Positions 31,747 through 32,000 of a DNA stretch of 32,000 nt are shown here, piece after piece. The notes under the pieces were generated by a model. That model worked only from the letters and a program-made list of their open reading frames with translations. It did no database searches and was not told the origin of the DNA. Source of the stretch: Methanothermobacter thermautotrophicus str. Delta H (lineage in GTDB: Archaea > Methanobacteriota > Methanobacteria > Methanobacteriales > Methanothermobacteraceae); assembly GCF_000008645.1 (NCBI RefSeq), contig NC_000916.1, positions 630,001 through 662,000 of the forward strand, in the 5' to 3' direction. Each line of letters opens with the position of its first letter. The stretch's first letter is position 1. The translations under genes were made by a program, and so were the position numbers.

Positions 31747-32000
31747 TCAACTACCCTTATGGGAATAGTATCCCCTGAGGACCCTCAGACCGCCGAACAT
31801 CTCCCTGAGGTCATTGTATTCATCGTATTCACTGCTAACCACTATCACATGTGCCGGGGGGTGTATCCTTCTGATGGCCATTATGCTTCTGGTGTCATCC
31901 TCCTCCACCTCAACGGCTGCCGCCACAGAGGACTTCATGCGGAGTTCCCCGAGTATGGATGATGCCATCCTGTCTGCAATATCATTCCTCAGAATCCTGG
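31747..32000 (-). CDS. Conserved hypothetical protein, C-terminal part (runs off the window)
   Basis: Frame is open upstream of the 31968 ATG (RILRNDIADRMASSILGELRMKSSVAAAVEVEEDDTRSIMAIRRIHPPAHVIVVSSEYDEYNDL...). Confidence 0.65.
   Translation of the reverse strand, partial: RILRNDIADRMASSILGELRMKSSVAAAVEVEEDDTRSIMAIRRIHPPAHVIVVSSEYDEYNDLREMFGGLRVLRGYYSHKGS

Noticed and set aside
1-32000. tRNA, rRNA and transposase genes
   Set aside because: I did not recognise any in the window. A tRNAscan/Rfam search would be needed to exclude small ncRNAs.

Overview
The window looks like a Methanothermobacter-type chromosome segment (pseudomurein-binding repeats, PAN, split archaeal GMP synthase, aMBF1-like regulator). 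This taxonomic call is inference only. The flanks are housekeeping genes: gatE (partial), trxB-like, guaA A and B subunits, msrB, an nre family gene, a PLP-enzyme-like gene, a Cgi121-like gene, a 2-isopropylmalate/citramalate synthase, an archaeal tRNA G10 methyltransferase-like gene, a geranylgeranyl-reductase-family flavoprotein, a PH-domain membrane protein, a UPF0280 protein, PAN and an MBF1-like HTH protein. The centre (5.7-21.4 kb) is a minus-strand cluster of giant secreted surface proteins. Main observations: (1) a membrane-anchored extracellular protein whose core is a CobN/ChlH-like cobaltochelatase/Mg-chelatase large subunit fused to CARDB domains. (2) That gene and its giant neighbour are each interrupted by exactly one in-frame stop (TAG at 11135-11137, TAA at 17672-17674), with homologous coding sequence continuing across both stops. 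(3) A chimeric junction at about 19482, joining the 5' end of nre to the 3' end of the 120-aa gene that flanks the cluster on the other side. This is the scar expected from a tandem duplication of the whole surface-gene locus, followed by degradation. Smaller items include a missed 48-aa membrane microprotein ORF, a 169-bp perfect internal repeat, a 48-bp tandem repeat, a repeated 18-mer between convergent genes, and a non-canonical PAN C-terminus.
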